In this document: positions 28,582 through 38,012 of the stretch, one piece after another | Layout: every line of letters begins with the position of its first letter | How positions within the stretch are numbered: the first letter of the stretch is position 1 | IMG/VR virus record: IMGVR_UViG_3300037264_007554 | Span: 1 to 64,000 of that record | DNA length: 64,000 nucleotides | Reading direction: 5' to 3' (one strand) | Origin: a virus | The notes under the pieces: model-generated | Databases searched by the model: none | The model's input: the letters and a program-made list of their open reading frames with translations, nothing else | What the model was told of the DNA's origin: nothing | Made by a program: the position numbers and the translations under genes

Positions 28582-28997
28582 AAAAAGAAGTGATCTTCTG
28601 CGATCTCTGTCCGGCAGGGCCTGCTGAAAAGCAGAACTATGCGATCTACAACTGCGTGATCTGCGGCCGGGACTGCTGTTCGAGCCACTCGGGTGCGAAG
28701 CTACCCCAGGTTATGTGCGTCGAGCCGTACCGGGCCACGTGCAGCGAGTGCGGCGCCGTGATGGATCCGAGCAAGTTCCCGCCGGTCCCCGAAGATCTGA
28801 TCGACGCGCTCTTTCGCTGGCAGGATTCGGTCATCGAACAGACGAAAGCCGAGATCGCCGCGCGAACTCTGCGCGAGGTCGCGGCTGCGGCTCCGCATGA
28901 TTTTCAAAGTGAAACCATGAAGGCTTACCGAGACCAACTGAAAGCGGCAGAGCAAGAAACTCCGCCCAAGATATTTCCGCGGAGGCAGATGTGGTGA
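28578..28997 (+). CDS. Zn-finger (B-box-like) paralog C
   Basis: CDLC..CVIC..DCC..H..CSEC. Confidence 0.7.
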   Translation: MKKEVIFCDLCPAGPAEKQNYAIYNCVICGRDCCSSHSGAKLPQVMCVEPYRATCSECGAVMDPSKFPPVPEDLIDALFRWQDSVIEQTKAEIAARTLREVAAAAPHDFQSETMKAYRDQLKAAEQETPPKIFPRRQMW

Positions 28998-29797
28998 CCG
29001 CCCGGCCTTTCGTCAAGTGGGCGGGTGGTAAAACCGCTCTGCTGCCCGAGCTGCTCAAGCGCGTGCCCCCGAAGTTCGGCACGTACTACGAGCCGTTCGT
29101 CGGGGCCGGGGCGCTGTTTTTCGCCCTCCAGCCCGAGCGCGCCGTCATCGCGGACGCGAATCACCGACTCATGTGCACGTACGCTGCGCTCGCCGAAGCC
29201 CCCGAGAGCGTCATCACCCAGTTGCGCAGGCACGACTTCAATCACACCGACGCGTATTACTACTTGGTTCGGGACATCGACATCGACGCGCGCCCCACTT
29301 CCAAGATCGCGGCCTGGTTCATCTACCTGAACAAGACCTGCTTCAACGGCCTGTACCGGGTCAACAAGTCCGGCAAGTTCAACGTCCCGATCGGGAGCTA
29401 CAAGAACCCGACGATCTGCGACGAAGAGAACCTGCGCGCATGCTCGGCCGCGCTTCAAGGTGTCACTATTCGGCGTAGTGATTTCGAGGAGACCGTATCC
29501 ACCGCAAAAGAGGGAGATTTTTGTTACTTTGACAGTCCTTACGTACCGGTGACCCAGACGGCCGACTTTACTTCGTATACCGTCGACGGTTTCACGTACA
29601 AGGACCAAGTCCGGCTGCTCAACACGGCCAAGGCTTTGAAAGCGCGGGGCGTCCACGTCATGCTGTCCAACTCGGCGACGCTCTTAGTAGAATCCCTCTA
29701 CGACGAACACTTCACGCTGGATCGGGTCGAGGTTCGCCGGAATGTGAACTCGAAAGCCAGCGGCCGCGGGCCCGTCGGGGAGTACATCATCACATGA
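28991..29797 (+). CDS. dam: Dam-family DNA adenine methyltransferase
   Basis: KWAGGK, EPFVGAGA, FNGLYRVN..G.FNVP, DSPY. Confidence 0.92.
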   Translation: MVTARPFVKWAGGKTALLPELLKRVPPKFGTYYEPFVGAGALFFALQPERAVIADANHRLMCTYAALAEAPESVITQLRRHDFNHTDAYYYLVRDIDIDARPTSKIAAWFIYLNKTCFNGLYRVNKSGKFNVPIGSYKNPTICDEENLRACSAALQGVTIRRSDFEETVSTAKEGDFCYFDSPYVPVTQTADFTSYTVDGFTYKDQVRLLNTAKALKARGVHVMLSNSATLLVESLYDEHFTLDRVEVRRNVNSKASGRGPVGEYIIT

Positions 29798-30033
29798 CAG
29801 GGGAGCCCCACACCTGGGAACACGCGGCCTTTCACCCGTTTTTTCCGGAATTCTGCTTCCCTCCTTACCCGAGCCCCCTCTTGTGTGGTTCTCCTTGTCC
29901 TCAACAGGCCGACCGCCCTGGATTGCCGGACATGCGTAGAATCATGATCTTCGAGCGTGGCCACATTGCAGAAAAGCACGCGTTGCAGATCCGCTGCGAA
30001 TCGTGCCGGAACAAACTACTGATCTCAAAATGA
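29794..30033 (+). CDS. Hypothetical protein
   Basis: Coupled. Confidence 0.45.
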   Translation: MTGEPHTWEHAAFHPFFPEFCFPPYPSPLLCGSPCPQQADRPGLPDMRRIMIFERGHIAEKHALQIRCESCRNKLLISK

Positions 30034-30347
30034 CCAAGAAAAAATACCACTACGAAGGCCGCGACCCCGACACCGGGCACGAAGTGTTCTCGGAGTGCGG
30101 CACCAAGAAGTCTCTCGGGCTCAAGATCCCCGAGCACGGCGAGCCCTTGCACCCCGGCCAGGCCATCGTCCAGATCCGGCCGCACGCTGACCGAGAGCAC
30201 TTCGAGATCGACACAATTCTCGCGCGCGAAGCCGACGGCTCCGTCATTTCCGGCCCGGCCAGAGTCACGACCGACGAGTACCGGAAAGGCTGGGACGCGA
30301 CGTTTGCTGGCGATGCTGGCGACGGTGAACAGGGGCGACCGAATTGA
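30030..30347 (+). CDS. Hypothetical protein
   Basis: GPARVTTDEYRKGWDATF. Confidence 0.65.
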   Translation: MTKKKYHYEGRDPDTGHEVFSECGTKKSLGLKIPEHGEPLHPGQAIVQIRPHADREHFEIDTILAREADGSVISGPARVTTDEYRKGWDATFAGDAGDGEQGRPN

Positions 30348-30664
30348 GAGAATTCACGGCCTTGGGTTTCTCGTGGAAACTACATGAAGCCCCCGAGACC
30401 GTGGGCACCTGGGAGCCGGTAGCCTGGCTCGCGCGGAACGAGTACGAAATACAAGCCCAGGTGCTGAAGTGCCACGACCGGTTCTACTGGACCATCGGAA
30501 ACGGCGATCCGGACTCCGGCTCCGTCGAAGATACGGATCATGCAGGCGGCATCGCGGCCGCGAGCGCGGCCGTCGTGAGAGAGATGAAAGCCAGGATCGA
30601 GCGGGCAGAGCGTGCGCTGCGCGGAAACGATTGGTCTGTCCTCGAAGCGGACATCGAGGTATGA
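30344..30664 (+). CDS. Paralog family II, member A
   Basis: F..LGFSW...NEYEI...RIERAERAL. Confidence 0.65.
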   Translation: MREFTALGFSWKLHEAPETVGTWEPVAWLARNEYEIQAQVLKCHDRFYWTIGNGDPDSGSVEDTDHAGGIAAASAAVVREMKARIERAERALRGNDWSVLEADIEV

Positions 30665-31047
30665 CCCGCCACAGCCTGTCGAAAGAAGCCCGCAAACACA
30701 ACGCGGCCGAGCAGTTCGCGCACTTCGGCCTGCACTGGGAAGTCCGCGGCTACCTGCACAACGCCCCGAGCATCGCCGCGACGTTGGCGCCGAACGCGTA
30801 CGAGATCACGGGCCGCATCCGTCGCCGACGCAAGGGCTTCACGTACGTCGTCGACGGGAATCCCGGCCACAGCATCCGCACGTACGAACTCACGTACTTG
30901 GACGCGTGCGAGGCGGTCCTGGCCGCCGTGCTGCGCCGGATCGAAAGAGCAGAGAAAGCCCTGGGCGACGATCGCGCACCCCCAAAAGCAAATCAGCCGG
31001 ACGGCAATCTTCTGATCCGAAGAGGTCACAAGGGAATGCCTTTCTAA
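30661..31047 (+). CDS. Paralog family II, member B
   Basis: EQF..FGL.W...LAPNAYEI...RRRKGFTY. Confidence 0.65.
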   Translation: MTRHSLSKEARKHNAAEQFAHFGLHWEVRGYLHNAPSIAATLAPNAYEITGRIRRRRKGFTYVVDGNPGHSIRTYELTYLDACEAVLAAVLRRIERAEKALGDDRAPPKANQPDGNLLIRRGHKGMPF

Positions 31048-31048
31048 A

Positions 31049-31468
31049 ATGCTCGTCGAACAATTCAAGCAATTCGGTCTGCGTTGGATCGAAAAATCCA
31101 GGCTGCACAATGTCCCTGCGCACATGAAACGCAGCAAACTGATCCGCTCGGTCGCTGCGCTCGCTCCTAACGACTACGGCATCTCGGCCAACATCCACCG
31201 TAGACGAAGGGGCTTCACCTATTCCATCAACGGAAAACTGGGCAGAAAAACTCTGGGCTACAGCTTCCCCAGAGCGTACGAATCTGTCTTGCAGGCAGCG
31301 AGCGAAGAAGTGCTGAAGATGCTACACGAACAGATTGCATGCGCAGAGCGCACGCTCTCCGGCCAGGACAACCGCTACAACTCGATCTCTTACTCCCCCG
31401 GGCCGAACGGAACTGTTACAACGGTGCGTGATCCGGACGGAAACCTCGTGGGTCACAGTAGCGCGTAA
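31049..31468 (+). CDS. Paralog family II, member C
   Basis: EQF..FGL.W...LAPNDYGI...RRRRGFTY. Confidence 0.65.
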   Translation: MLVEQFKQFGLRWIEKSRLHNVPAHMKRSKLIRSVAALAPNDYGISANIHRRRRGFTYSINGKLGRKTLGYSFPRAYESVLQAASEEVLKMLHEQIACAERTLSGQDNRYNSISYSPGPNGTVTTVRDPDGNLVGHSSA

Positions 31469-32184
31469 TTCAGAAATCCCAGATTCACGATCCGGTAGTC
31501 ACGTGACCGTGCGTACACACCATCCCCCTCTCGCCCACCCCCGCGGTTGGTGTTCCCTTCAACGGCCCGCAACCCGGCCGCCTCGGCCGCCGTGAGAATC
31601 CCCATGTGCCCGCGACGGTTGCCGTGGTCGATGAGGAAAAGCGTGCCCGGCGGCAGGATTCTTAGATCCTCGAACGCGGCCTCCGGCGAGATCTTGACCT
31701 TGGCGGGGGCGCGCTCCCAGTGATCGAGTACGGAGCCCGTGCGCACGAGAGGGTTCGGCTCACCGAGCTTGTGGGCAGCCTCGTTGAAGACCCAGTAGCA
31801 AAAAGCCACGCACCAGGGATTGCCCTTCGGCAAGCCCACCGACGCCAGGTACTTCTCGACCTCGGGGCCGCAGTTCGGGCCTCCGGACTCCGTGACCCCG
31901 ATCTGGAGCTTGGCAATCCGCACGGCTGCGCCCGAGAGCGCGCTCCCAGGCGCCAGCACCGTCGCGGGAGCCGTGCGGAAAAGGGCGCCCCAGGAGACGG
32001 GGCCGACGATGCCGTCCGCCTCCAGGCCGCGCCGGGTCTGAAAAAGTCTAACCGCGCTCTCGGTCGCAGGTCCGAAATCGCCGTCGATCGCTATCGCGTC
32101 ACCAAACTGGACAAGACGGTCTTGAACCAGCTTGACGAGATCGGCGCGGTCGTCTCCGCGGCGAAGCGCCTTACCTGGGTACAT
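31453..32184 (-). CDS. Endolysin: PG-binding domain + CHAP amidase/peptidase
   Basis: DGDFGPATESAVRLFQ...DGIVGP; PWCVAF, GHMGI, VEGNT. Confidence 0.9.
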   Translation of the reverse strand: MYPGKALRRGDDRADLVKLVQDRLVQFGDAIAIDGDFGPATESAVRLFQTRRGLEADGIVGPVSWGALFRTAPATVLAPGSALSGAAVRIAKLQIGVTESGGPNCGPEVEKYLASVGLPKGNPWCVAFCYWVFNEAAHKLGEPNPLVRTGSVLDHWERAPAKVKISPEAAFEDLRILPPGTLFLIDHGNRRGHMGILTAAEAAGLRAVEGNTNRGGGREGDGVYARSRDYRIVNLGFLNYALL

Positions 32185-32528
32185 CAGCGGTCGATGGTGT
32201 GAACGAACCGGAACATCACCATGTAGAACGCAACCCCTGCGGAAAGGAAAAAGATGTCCAGTGGAGGGTTGGCGTTGTGCATCAGGATCGATCCAGGGAA
32301 CGCAGTTCCGCCCGTATCACAGATCGAAACGAGAAGCCTTGGATCGTTGAGCAGCGCCGTCCACACCGCGGGATCTGTGGTACTGAGCAAAGCCTTCAAC
32401 GGTCCCGCAGGCAGCGCCGCGAGAATGACCGACTGAAACAACAAGAAGTTTCCGGTATCCAAAGAAGCAGCGAACTTGATGCCGTAAGGCGTTGCGGACC
32501 CGGGTACGATGGTTACGCTTGATGCCAT
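32184..32528 (-). CDS. GPLK-family small virion protein 1
   Basis: Paralog of 42579-42950 and 43056-43442; leaderless promoter. Confidence 0.65.
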   Translation of the reverse strand: MASSVTIVPGSATPYGIKFAASLDTGNFLLFQSVILAALPAGPLKALLSTTDPAVWTALLNDPRLLVSICDTGGTAFPGSILMHNANPPLDIFFLSAGVAFYMVMFRFVHTIDR

Positions 32529-32565
32529 GCCTGAACTTTACCTCACACCGACGAAGGCACGCAAA

Positions 32566-32718
32566 TTAGCGGCCGCAGTTGCAGTCGCGCTTCCGGCGCA
32601 AGGGTGCCCCAGCCATTCTCTGCGGGTTTTTCTTCCCGCTCGACGCCGCAAGGCCGATGGCGGCCGCCAGACCTCCCAGGATCCCGACAGCGACAACGGC
32701 CTTGCCGGTATTCGACAT
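32566..32718 (-). CDS. Small TM protein with basic tail (MAGAPLRRKR)
   Basis: Single TM, 50 aa. Confidence 0.6.
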   Translation of the reverse strand: MSNTGKAVVAVGILGGLAAAIGLAASSGKKNPQRMAGAPLRRKRDCNCGR

Positions 32719-32771
32719 CGGCGCGGATTCCGTCGCACCAAAATTTTCTCTCCGTCTCAGAAACATACAGG

Positions 32772-33731
32772 TTAACGCCTTCGACTCATGCGGTTGCTCT
32801 CATCAATCCACTGCTTGACATCAGACAGGCTATCAAACTTTAGAAATCTTTCACCTGTGTAGATTTCGTAGTACCCGCTCGGATGCAGTTTGGTGATTAG
32901 CCTACCTTTGTACATTCTGTTCCCAGTCTCCCGACGCGATCCAGCAAACCCAGCACCGTCGATCGCATCCGAAGGCCCTTCGCCTCCGCCCTTTTTCACC
33001 GCGCGATAGACCAAGTACCCCACGGCGGTCACCCCGATGACGATGAGGAATGTGCTGATGAATCCGGCGGATGCTTGCGGAGCTTCACTCCCGATTCCCT
33101 TGCACGTCTTCGTAGCTTCCGCACGCGACACCTTGCCTGTGCTCATCACACGATCAACGCAATCGAGCTGCGTCTGCACATGAATGATTTCGGCTTTCGC
33201 AGTTTCGATGGCAGCGCCCGGCCAGTTCTTGATGACCACTGCCGTGAGCGTCACGGCCGTCACACCGAGTACGAACACGATGGCGATCCAGGCGAGCGCC
33301 GGGAGCGCACCAAGAGTACCTGCGAAAGCACCTGCCATCGGTGCGTTGTCAAGACAGCCGGGGATGGAATACACCGTGGGCATCACCGGCCGAGGCTTCG
33401 TCACCGTCGCCATGAGGGTGCCGCTCGAATCGTAGACGTACTGCACGATCTTGTAGCTCGGATTCTGCGCGAGAATCTGGTTGAACACCGACTGCGCGGC
33501 TGTCTGGTACGCCCTCACGGCGTTGTTGTGCGCCACCTGCACGTCGCACGGGATCGCTGCGCCGTACACGCGATCAATACGCGAAGCCTGGGCCTGCAGC
33601 ACCCGGTACAGGTCCGCGATCTGCCCGATTGCAACGTCGGCCGGGACTGCACCCGGCGGGAGCACCTGGGGCAAGATCGGCGCCTGTGAATCACCTGCCC
33701 CGAGCCTTCCGAGTGCTACCTGTTCACCCAT
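32772..33731 (-). CDS. Two-TM putative virion membrane protein
   Basis: Two TM helices, Cys pairs, several [LFM]xG motifs. Confidence 0.7.
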   Translation of the reverse strand: MGEQVALGRLGAGDSQAPILPQVLPPGAVPADVAIGQIADLYRVLQAQASRIDRVYGAAIPCDVQVAHNNAVRAYQTAAQSVFNQILAQNPSYKIVQYVYDSSGTLMATVTKPRPVMPTVYSIPGCLDNAPMAGAFAGTLGALPALAWIAIVFVLGVTAVTLTAVVIKNWPGAAIETAKAEIIHVQTQLDCVDRVMSTGKVSRAEATKTCKGIGSEAPQASAGFISTFLIVIGVTAVGYLVYRAVKKGGGEGPSDAIDGAGFAGSRRETGNRMYKGRLITKLHPSGYYEIYTGERFLKFDSLSDVKQWIDESNRMSRRR

Positions 33732-33733
33732 GG

Positions 33734-34192
33734 CTACTTGAGTCTCGAAAAGAGCACCGCAGAGCGGCCTGCGATCCCGGCCACCGTGGCACCGGTGCCG
33801 AAACCCAGTAGCGAGCCGAAGCCGACGTTGCGCAGACGATTGCTCGGATCTGAAAACAAGAACGCCGCACCGAACCCGAGGAGCGTGCAGCCTAGAATCG
33901 AAAATATCGCCAAATTTTTACCCGCGAACTCACCCGCGTACGTTTCGATTGCACCGAGCGCTCCGGCCGGAACGAGACGACCGTCCGGCAAGAACTTCCG
34001 CGGCTCATCGAAGTACGGGTCACGGGCCCAGCCTGACTCCGGATCCGGGGCTCCCGGGAAAGGCGTGCGCGAGACCATCACGGTCTCATCGGCTGGGACA
34101 AGCCGGAACGGCGATCTCCGCAACGGCCCGCCGCCGCTGTCCGGATTGTTGTCCGGGGAAACCCGAACTTGAGCACCGTAACCGAAGTGCAT
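33734..34192 (-). CDS. Membrane protein
   Basis: Two C-terminal TM helices. Confidence 0.65.
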   Translation of the reverse strand: MHFGYGAQVRVSPDNNPDSGGGPLRRSPFRLVPADETVMVSRTPFPGAPDPESGWARDPYFDEPRKFLPDGRLVPAGALGAIETYAGEFAGKNLAIFSILGCTLLGFGAAFLFSDPSNRLRNVGFGSLLGFGTGATVAGIAGRSAVLFSRLK

Positions 34193-34204
34193 GAACTTCC
34201 TCCC

Positions 34205-34702
34205 TTAGATACCGTTCGGATCGCGGTCTTCGTCCTTCGGCTCCATCAGATCAAAATGCACAACGAAAAGACTGCTACCCGACTCGACGTTGGGAGTCAG
34301 AAGCCTGATGGTGGGCCCATAACTCGGATCTGGGAAAGCCGTGGCACTGATGACAGGGCCGCCTGACTCGGTCGAATCAAGATTGTTGATGATGCTCCGC
34401 GAGAGAAGAAAGCCGGGGATGTTCGACACGTTGTTGTAGTGGTAGATCGAAAGTCGCCAGTTGAGCCGCGCGCGCGGAACAAACGCGGGGTTCGCCACAC
34501 CATTCAGGATCGCCGGGTTCGGAAACACAATCGGACGGCCGCGCCACTCGTAATACGCACCCAACGCACTCACAGTCAACGGAGTTACCGCAACGCCACC
34601 TGAACCGACAGGAGCCGAACGCGAGCCCGGCGCATTACGCACGGCGATGTCGAGATCGTTGCTTTCGGTCGGCATCTGGCAGATGTACGTTCGTGAAATC
34701 AT
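34205..34702 (-). CDS. Beta-rich putative virion (vertex?) protein
   Basis: Position in structural operon; alternating beta-strand pattern. Confidence 0.5.
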   Translation of the reverse strand: MISRTYICQMPTESNDLDIAVRNAPGSRSAPVGSGGVAVTPLTVSALGAYYEWRGRPIVFPNPAILNGVANPAFVPRARLNWRLSIYHYNNVSNIPGFLLSRSIINNLDSTESGGPVISATAFPDPSYGPTIRLLTPNVESGSSLFVVHFDLMEPKDEDRDPNGI

Positions 34703-34714
34703 GATGCAGCCATC

Positions 34715-35347
34715 CTATACCAGAGCCGACGCCCGAACCAAATTAGCGTCCCAGGCAGGGAGAGAAGCCAGATAGGGCTGCCCTGTCAGCTTGTCTATGA
34801 ACAGGCTTGGGTCGCGGCCTTGTTCCACAGCGCTGCTGGCCTGGACACCGCGGTACTGCAGGCGCAAGAGCCTCTCCAGGGGGACTTTTGACGGCCGCTT
34901 TTCCAACGCCCTGCGAACTCTATCGTACACCCCCCGCAAGATCTTTGTACCCCACTCGATGTTGATGTCCGGCTCGAACAGCATCGTCCGCGTGACACCC
35001 GCGGCCGCCAACGCCGGTCCGTGTGCCTTGGTGTTGATCTGCATCAGCCCAATCGACGCACCTTCCGGGAGCACGTGGTAGTCGCCCACACACGTCGGGT
35101 TGCCGCTGGACTCCGCCAAGATGGTCGCGACCACCCACTTCGCCGGAAGGCCCCGTGCGGCTGCCCATTTTCGCGCCAGGTTGATGATCTCGGGCGTGAG
35201 CTTGCGGGGCTTGCAATAGCCGCTTCGCGCCCTGGCGGCCGCCGCAGGCGTCGCCAGCATAAGCAGCAAGCCGAGCGCTGCAGCAGCCGCGATAATAGGA
35301 ACGGCTACCCGCGTTGCACGTGCAGGCCGCCGCGTACGCCGCCGCAT
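34715..35347 (-). CDS. Membrane-anchored lytic transglycosylase (SLT domain)
   Basis: AESSGNP, IGLMQIN, PDINIEWG; N-terminal Arg run and TM. Confidence 0.88.
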   Translation of the reverse strand: MRRRTRRPARATRVAVPIIAAAAALGLLLMLATPAAAARARSGYCKPRKLTPEIINLARKWAAARGLPAKWVVATILAESSGNPTCVGDYHVLPEGASIGLMQINTKAHGPALAAAGVTRTMLFEPDINIEWGTKILRGVYDRVRRALEKRPSKVPLERLLRLQYRGVQASSAVEQGRDPSLFIDKLTGQPYLASLPAWDANLVRASALV

Positions 35348-35349
35348 GG

Positions 35350-35808
35350 TTACACCCGACGCTCTCGGTCGCCGATGAGGATGGGAGCGATCTGCACACG
35401 CAACGGCAGCCAGGTTGGCGCGTCCGTCACAGCGTAGAGAGGCTGGTTGCCGGGAAGCACGATCTGGTAGGGCAAAAAAGCAGGAAGCGCATGGCCGTTG
35501 CTCACGCGCACACCTGCGTTCCCGACGAAAATCGAGAACCCGACGAACGGTGCAGAGAGCGTGATCAGACGCGACGCGCGTCCGGCCGGAACGATGAGCG
35601 TCGGCTCGACTCCGCTTCCGGCGAGCGCAGACTCAGGAATCACCTGCGCAGAAAAGAGATCTGTAGGAGGAGGTGCACCGGTCTCCGACCCGAGAACTTC
35701 GGCATTCGCCTGGCCGGGAATGCCGTTAGATGTCGAGCCAAGAGACTCGGCGCCCGGGTTCCCGAACGACCGCTCTCCCAGGATTTGCGCAACAGATCGC
35801 GGCGCCAT
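35350..35808 (-). CDS. Beta-rich putative minor capsid protein
   Basis: Structural operon; C-terminal beta-sandwich-like pattern. Confidence 0.5.
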   Translation of the reverse strand: MAPRSVAQILGERSFGNPGAESLGSTSNGIPGQANAEVLGSETGAPPPTDLFSAQVIPESALAGSGVEPTLIVPAGRASRLITLSAPFVGFSIFVGNAGVRVSNGHALPAFLPYQIVLPGNQPLYAVTDAPTWLPLRVQIAPILIGDRERRV

Positions 35809-35809
35809 G

Positions 35810-36298
35810 TTACGTGCGCGGAATCAACAGGGAGCCGATGAAATTGATGTCGACGGTGATCGGGTTGACGGTGTCGAGATTGTCGACCGTGATGGTGAGC
35901 GCGCCTCCCTTCGGCCGCACGACCCACGGAAACGTCAACTTCCAGGCACCGGTGTCGTCATCGACGAGCAGGGCAACCATGGCCTGGGTCTTCATCCAGT
36001 CCATGGTGAAGATCTGATCCTTGATGTTGATCCGCCAGTCGCGGAACGTGTGCGCCGGATCCTGACTGAACTTGATGCGCTCAACCTCGAACGGGTATTC
36101 GAGCGCGTTGCTGAAGTCCGTGCCGGTAAGCACTTGCCCCGACAACCCTGCGCCGATCACCGCGCTCGTGCGCAGCGCCATCGAAAACGGAAAGCGCACG
36201 ATGGGTTGATCGACGATAGGCTTGATGCGATCGATCACGCCTTTGATGAGCGGCGCGAGTTGGAGAAGACTGGCCTCGATTCCTTCTGATGGCGGCAT
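35810..36298 (-). CDS. Putative small single-jelly-roll capsid protein (162 aa)
   Basis: Adjacent to MCP candidate; ends PWVVRPKGGALTITVDN...ITVDINFIG; own leaderless promoter. Confidence 0.5.
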   Translation of the reverse strand: MPPSEGIEASLLQLAPLIKGVIDRIKPIVDQPIVRFPFSMALRTSAVIGAGLSGQVLTGTDFSNALEYPFEVERIKFSQDPAHTFRDWRINIKDQIFTMDWMKTQAMVALLVDDDTGAWKLTFPWVVRPKGGALTITVDNLDTVNPITVDINFIGSLLIPRT

Positions 36299-36357
36299 GG
36301 GAGTCATATTGCCGATTCTTGTGCAACGCTGCAAGTTACGTCCAGTCGCCTTGCCCC

Positions 36358-36399
36358 AAAAGAAAAACGCCCCGGCAGCTTTCGCCGCCGGAGCGTCCT
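36358..36399 (-). terminator. Intrinsic terminator after putative MCP gene
   Basis: GACGCUCCGGCGGC-GAAA-GCUGCCGGGGCGU followed by UUUUCUUU. Confidence 0.85.
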
Positions 36400-36430
36400 T
36401 CCGACCTTCGCTTTGCGTTGCCGCTTTGCG

Positions 36431-37192
36431 CTAGGTGACCGGACGCTTGACCAACCCTTCGAGGGTCTCGCGGACGTCGAAGCCCAGCGACGTCGCGGGC
36501 AGGCCGGTCCAGTCGGCGTAGCCCTGGATGAACGTCGGGCCCGCGCCCAGAGCGAGGCCGAGCGCCGCCTGCGGCCGCAGCTTCGCGGTGTACCCGATGT
36601 TCGGGCGCAACCAGATCGGGAGCACGAACGCCCCCTGATCACGCGGGGAGGGCGGACCGTTGTTCGCCACTTCCTGCGAGGTGTTCGTGGTGAACACGTG
36701 GATGCCCGACCCCTGGGGGTATTCCTCGATCGGCCCCTCGGACTGCACCTTCTGGTTCACAGTGAACTTGTGGAAGGTCTTCCGCATGAAGTCGAACAAC
36801 ACACCACCCGACGTGACGGCCGGATCGTAGCCGCCGACGCGAGTCGCGCGCGACAACTGCACCCCCGCCGTGTCCTGCAGCGCGAACGCTGCCACACCGG
36901 CCGCCGAGCCCATCTCGCGGACGATCTCGATCTGGATGCTGTAGATCAGCATCTCCCAGCCCTGCTGGAGCCCGTTGTCACCCGAACGCGAGATGTTGGT
37001 GTCCACCTCGGTCAAGATGCGGGAGCCGCCGGGGATCGGCGAACCGATGCCGCCGATGAAGGCGATGATCTCTTGCGAGTCATTGCCCTGGAACTCCACG
37101 GTGTGGAAGAGACGATCGTGCGTCCAGTCCGCGAACTGGATTGCGAACGGTACGCCTCGAACTCGAACTGTCAGTGTGCCCGTGTCAGCCAT
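36431..37192 (-). CDS. Putative major capsid protein (253 aa, jelly-roll type)
   Basis: Strong codon bias, A-rich RBS, structured 5' leader, own terminator, beta-rich sequence, surrounded by membrane/core genes. Confidence 0.6.
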   Translation of the reverse strand: MADTGTLTVRVRGVPFAIQFADWTHDRLFHTVEFQGNDSQEIIAFIGGIGSPIPGGSRILTEVDTNISRSGDNGLQQGWEMLIYSIQIEIVREMGSAAGVAAFALQDTAGVQLSRATRVGGYDPAVTSGGVLFDFMRKTFHKFTVNQKVQSEGPIEEYPQGSGIHVFTTNTSQEVANNGPPSPRDQGAFVLPIWLRPNIGYTAKLRPQAALGLALGAGPTFIQGYADWTGLPATSLGFDVRETLEGLVKRPVT

Positions 37193-37210
37193 TGTCGTTT
37201 CCTTTTTTGT

Positions 37211-37302
37211 TTCGGGGTCGGCTTTGCCGGTTTGGTCCCGAATACCTGGCATCGAACTGGTTTTGAGGCGCGACGACGGCCGATGCCAGACCGCCGTCGC
37301 GT
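37211..37302 (-). promoter_or_regulatory. Structured RNA leader (pseudoknot + hairpin) upstream of MCP
   Basis: 12-bp stem whose loop UGGCAUC is complementary to downstream GAUGCCA; second nested hairpin before the RBS. Confidence 0.6.
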
Positions 37303-37319
37303 CTTTCAGGACAGACGAA

Positions 37320-37817
37320 CTAGGACAGGAAGTTCGAGCCGAAGGCGCCGAGCAGCTCGACATCGGGGACGCCACCGGCGCCACTCATGTCTTGCTCGGG
37401 GACCACGGTCCCGAACATGCCGGTCGAGCCCGAGCCCGAATCCAGCAACTGCACGTCACCCGCCGGGACACCGGTGTTGGCACCGAAGTACCCCGCCAGC
37501 TCCTGCTCGGGCGTGATCACGCCGAGGTAGCCCTGCATCGGGCCACCCATGACCATGTCCTCGATCTGGCGGGGGATACCCACCAGCGCGGCCGTCGCCA
37601 GGCCCTGGATGCCCATGCGCCGGTAGCGCGGCGAGAACATCAGTCCCGCCGAGATCCCGCCGCCGAGCAACGTGCCGATCAGGCCCGCCCACTTGGTGAT
37701 GGGTTTGCCCTTGAAGAGCATTTTGGTCGCCAGCATGCCCACCTGAGCAGCGCCGCCGCCGATCAGCGGACCTGCCAGGTCTTCGCCGACTCCCTCGAAA
37801 TCTCCGAAGTCATCCAT
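37320..37817 (-). CDS. Gly-rich membrane protein with repeated G-x-[LF]-G motifs
   Basis: TM segments; GYLG, GYFG, GMFG, GAFG. Confidence 0.75.
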   Translation of the reverse strand: MDDFGDFEGVGEDLAGPLIGGGAAQVGMLATKMLFKGKPITKWAGLIGTLLGGGISAGLMFSPRYRRMGIQGLATAALVGIPRQIEDMVMGGPMQGYLGVITPEQELAGYFGANTGVPAGDVQLLDSGSGSTGMFGTVVPEQDMSGAGGVPDVELLGAFGSNFLS

Positions 37818-37877
37818 TGGTGTTGTTTCCTTCTTGAAAAATTTGTTGCTGGTTTGGGGTTTTGGGTTTCGCGAGAA

Positions 37878-37967
37878 CTAGCGGCGAGCGCGCTTGTTCT
37901 TCAGGCACTGGCCCTTGCGGCGGCCGCGCTTCACGATTCCGAACTTGCAGTGTCGCTTCCTTGCCAT
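37878..37967 (-). CDS. 29-aa Arg/Lys-rich peptide (putative DNA-condensing core protein)
   Basis: MARKRHCKFGIVKRGRRKGQCLKNKRARR; GAGGAG RBS; below the ORF-track cutoff. Confidence 0.7.
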   Translation of the reverse strand: MARKRHCKFGIVKRGRRKGQCLKNKRARR

Positions 37968-38012
37968 GCCGATCTCCTCTGTTGTTGGTTGATTTTCTCG
38001 GACAAAAATTTT

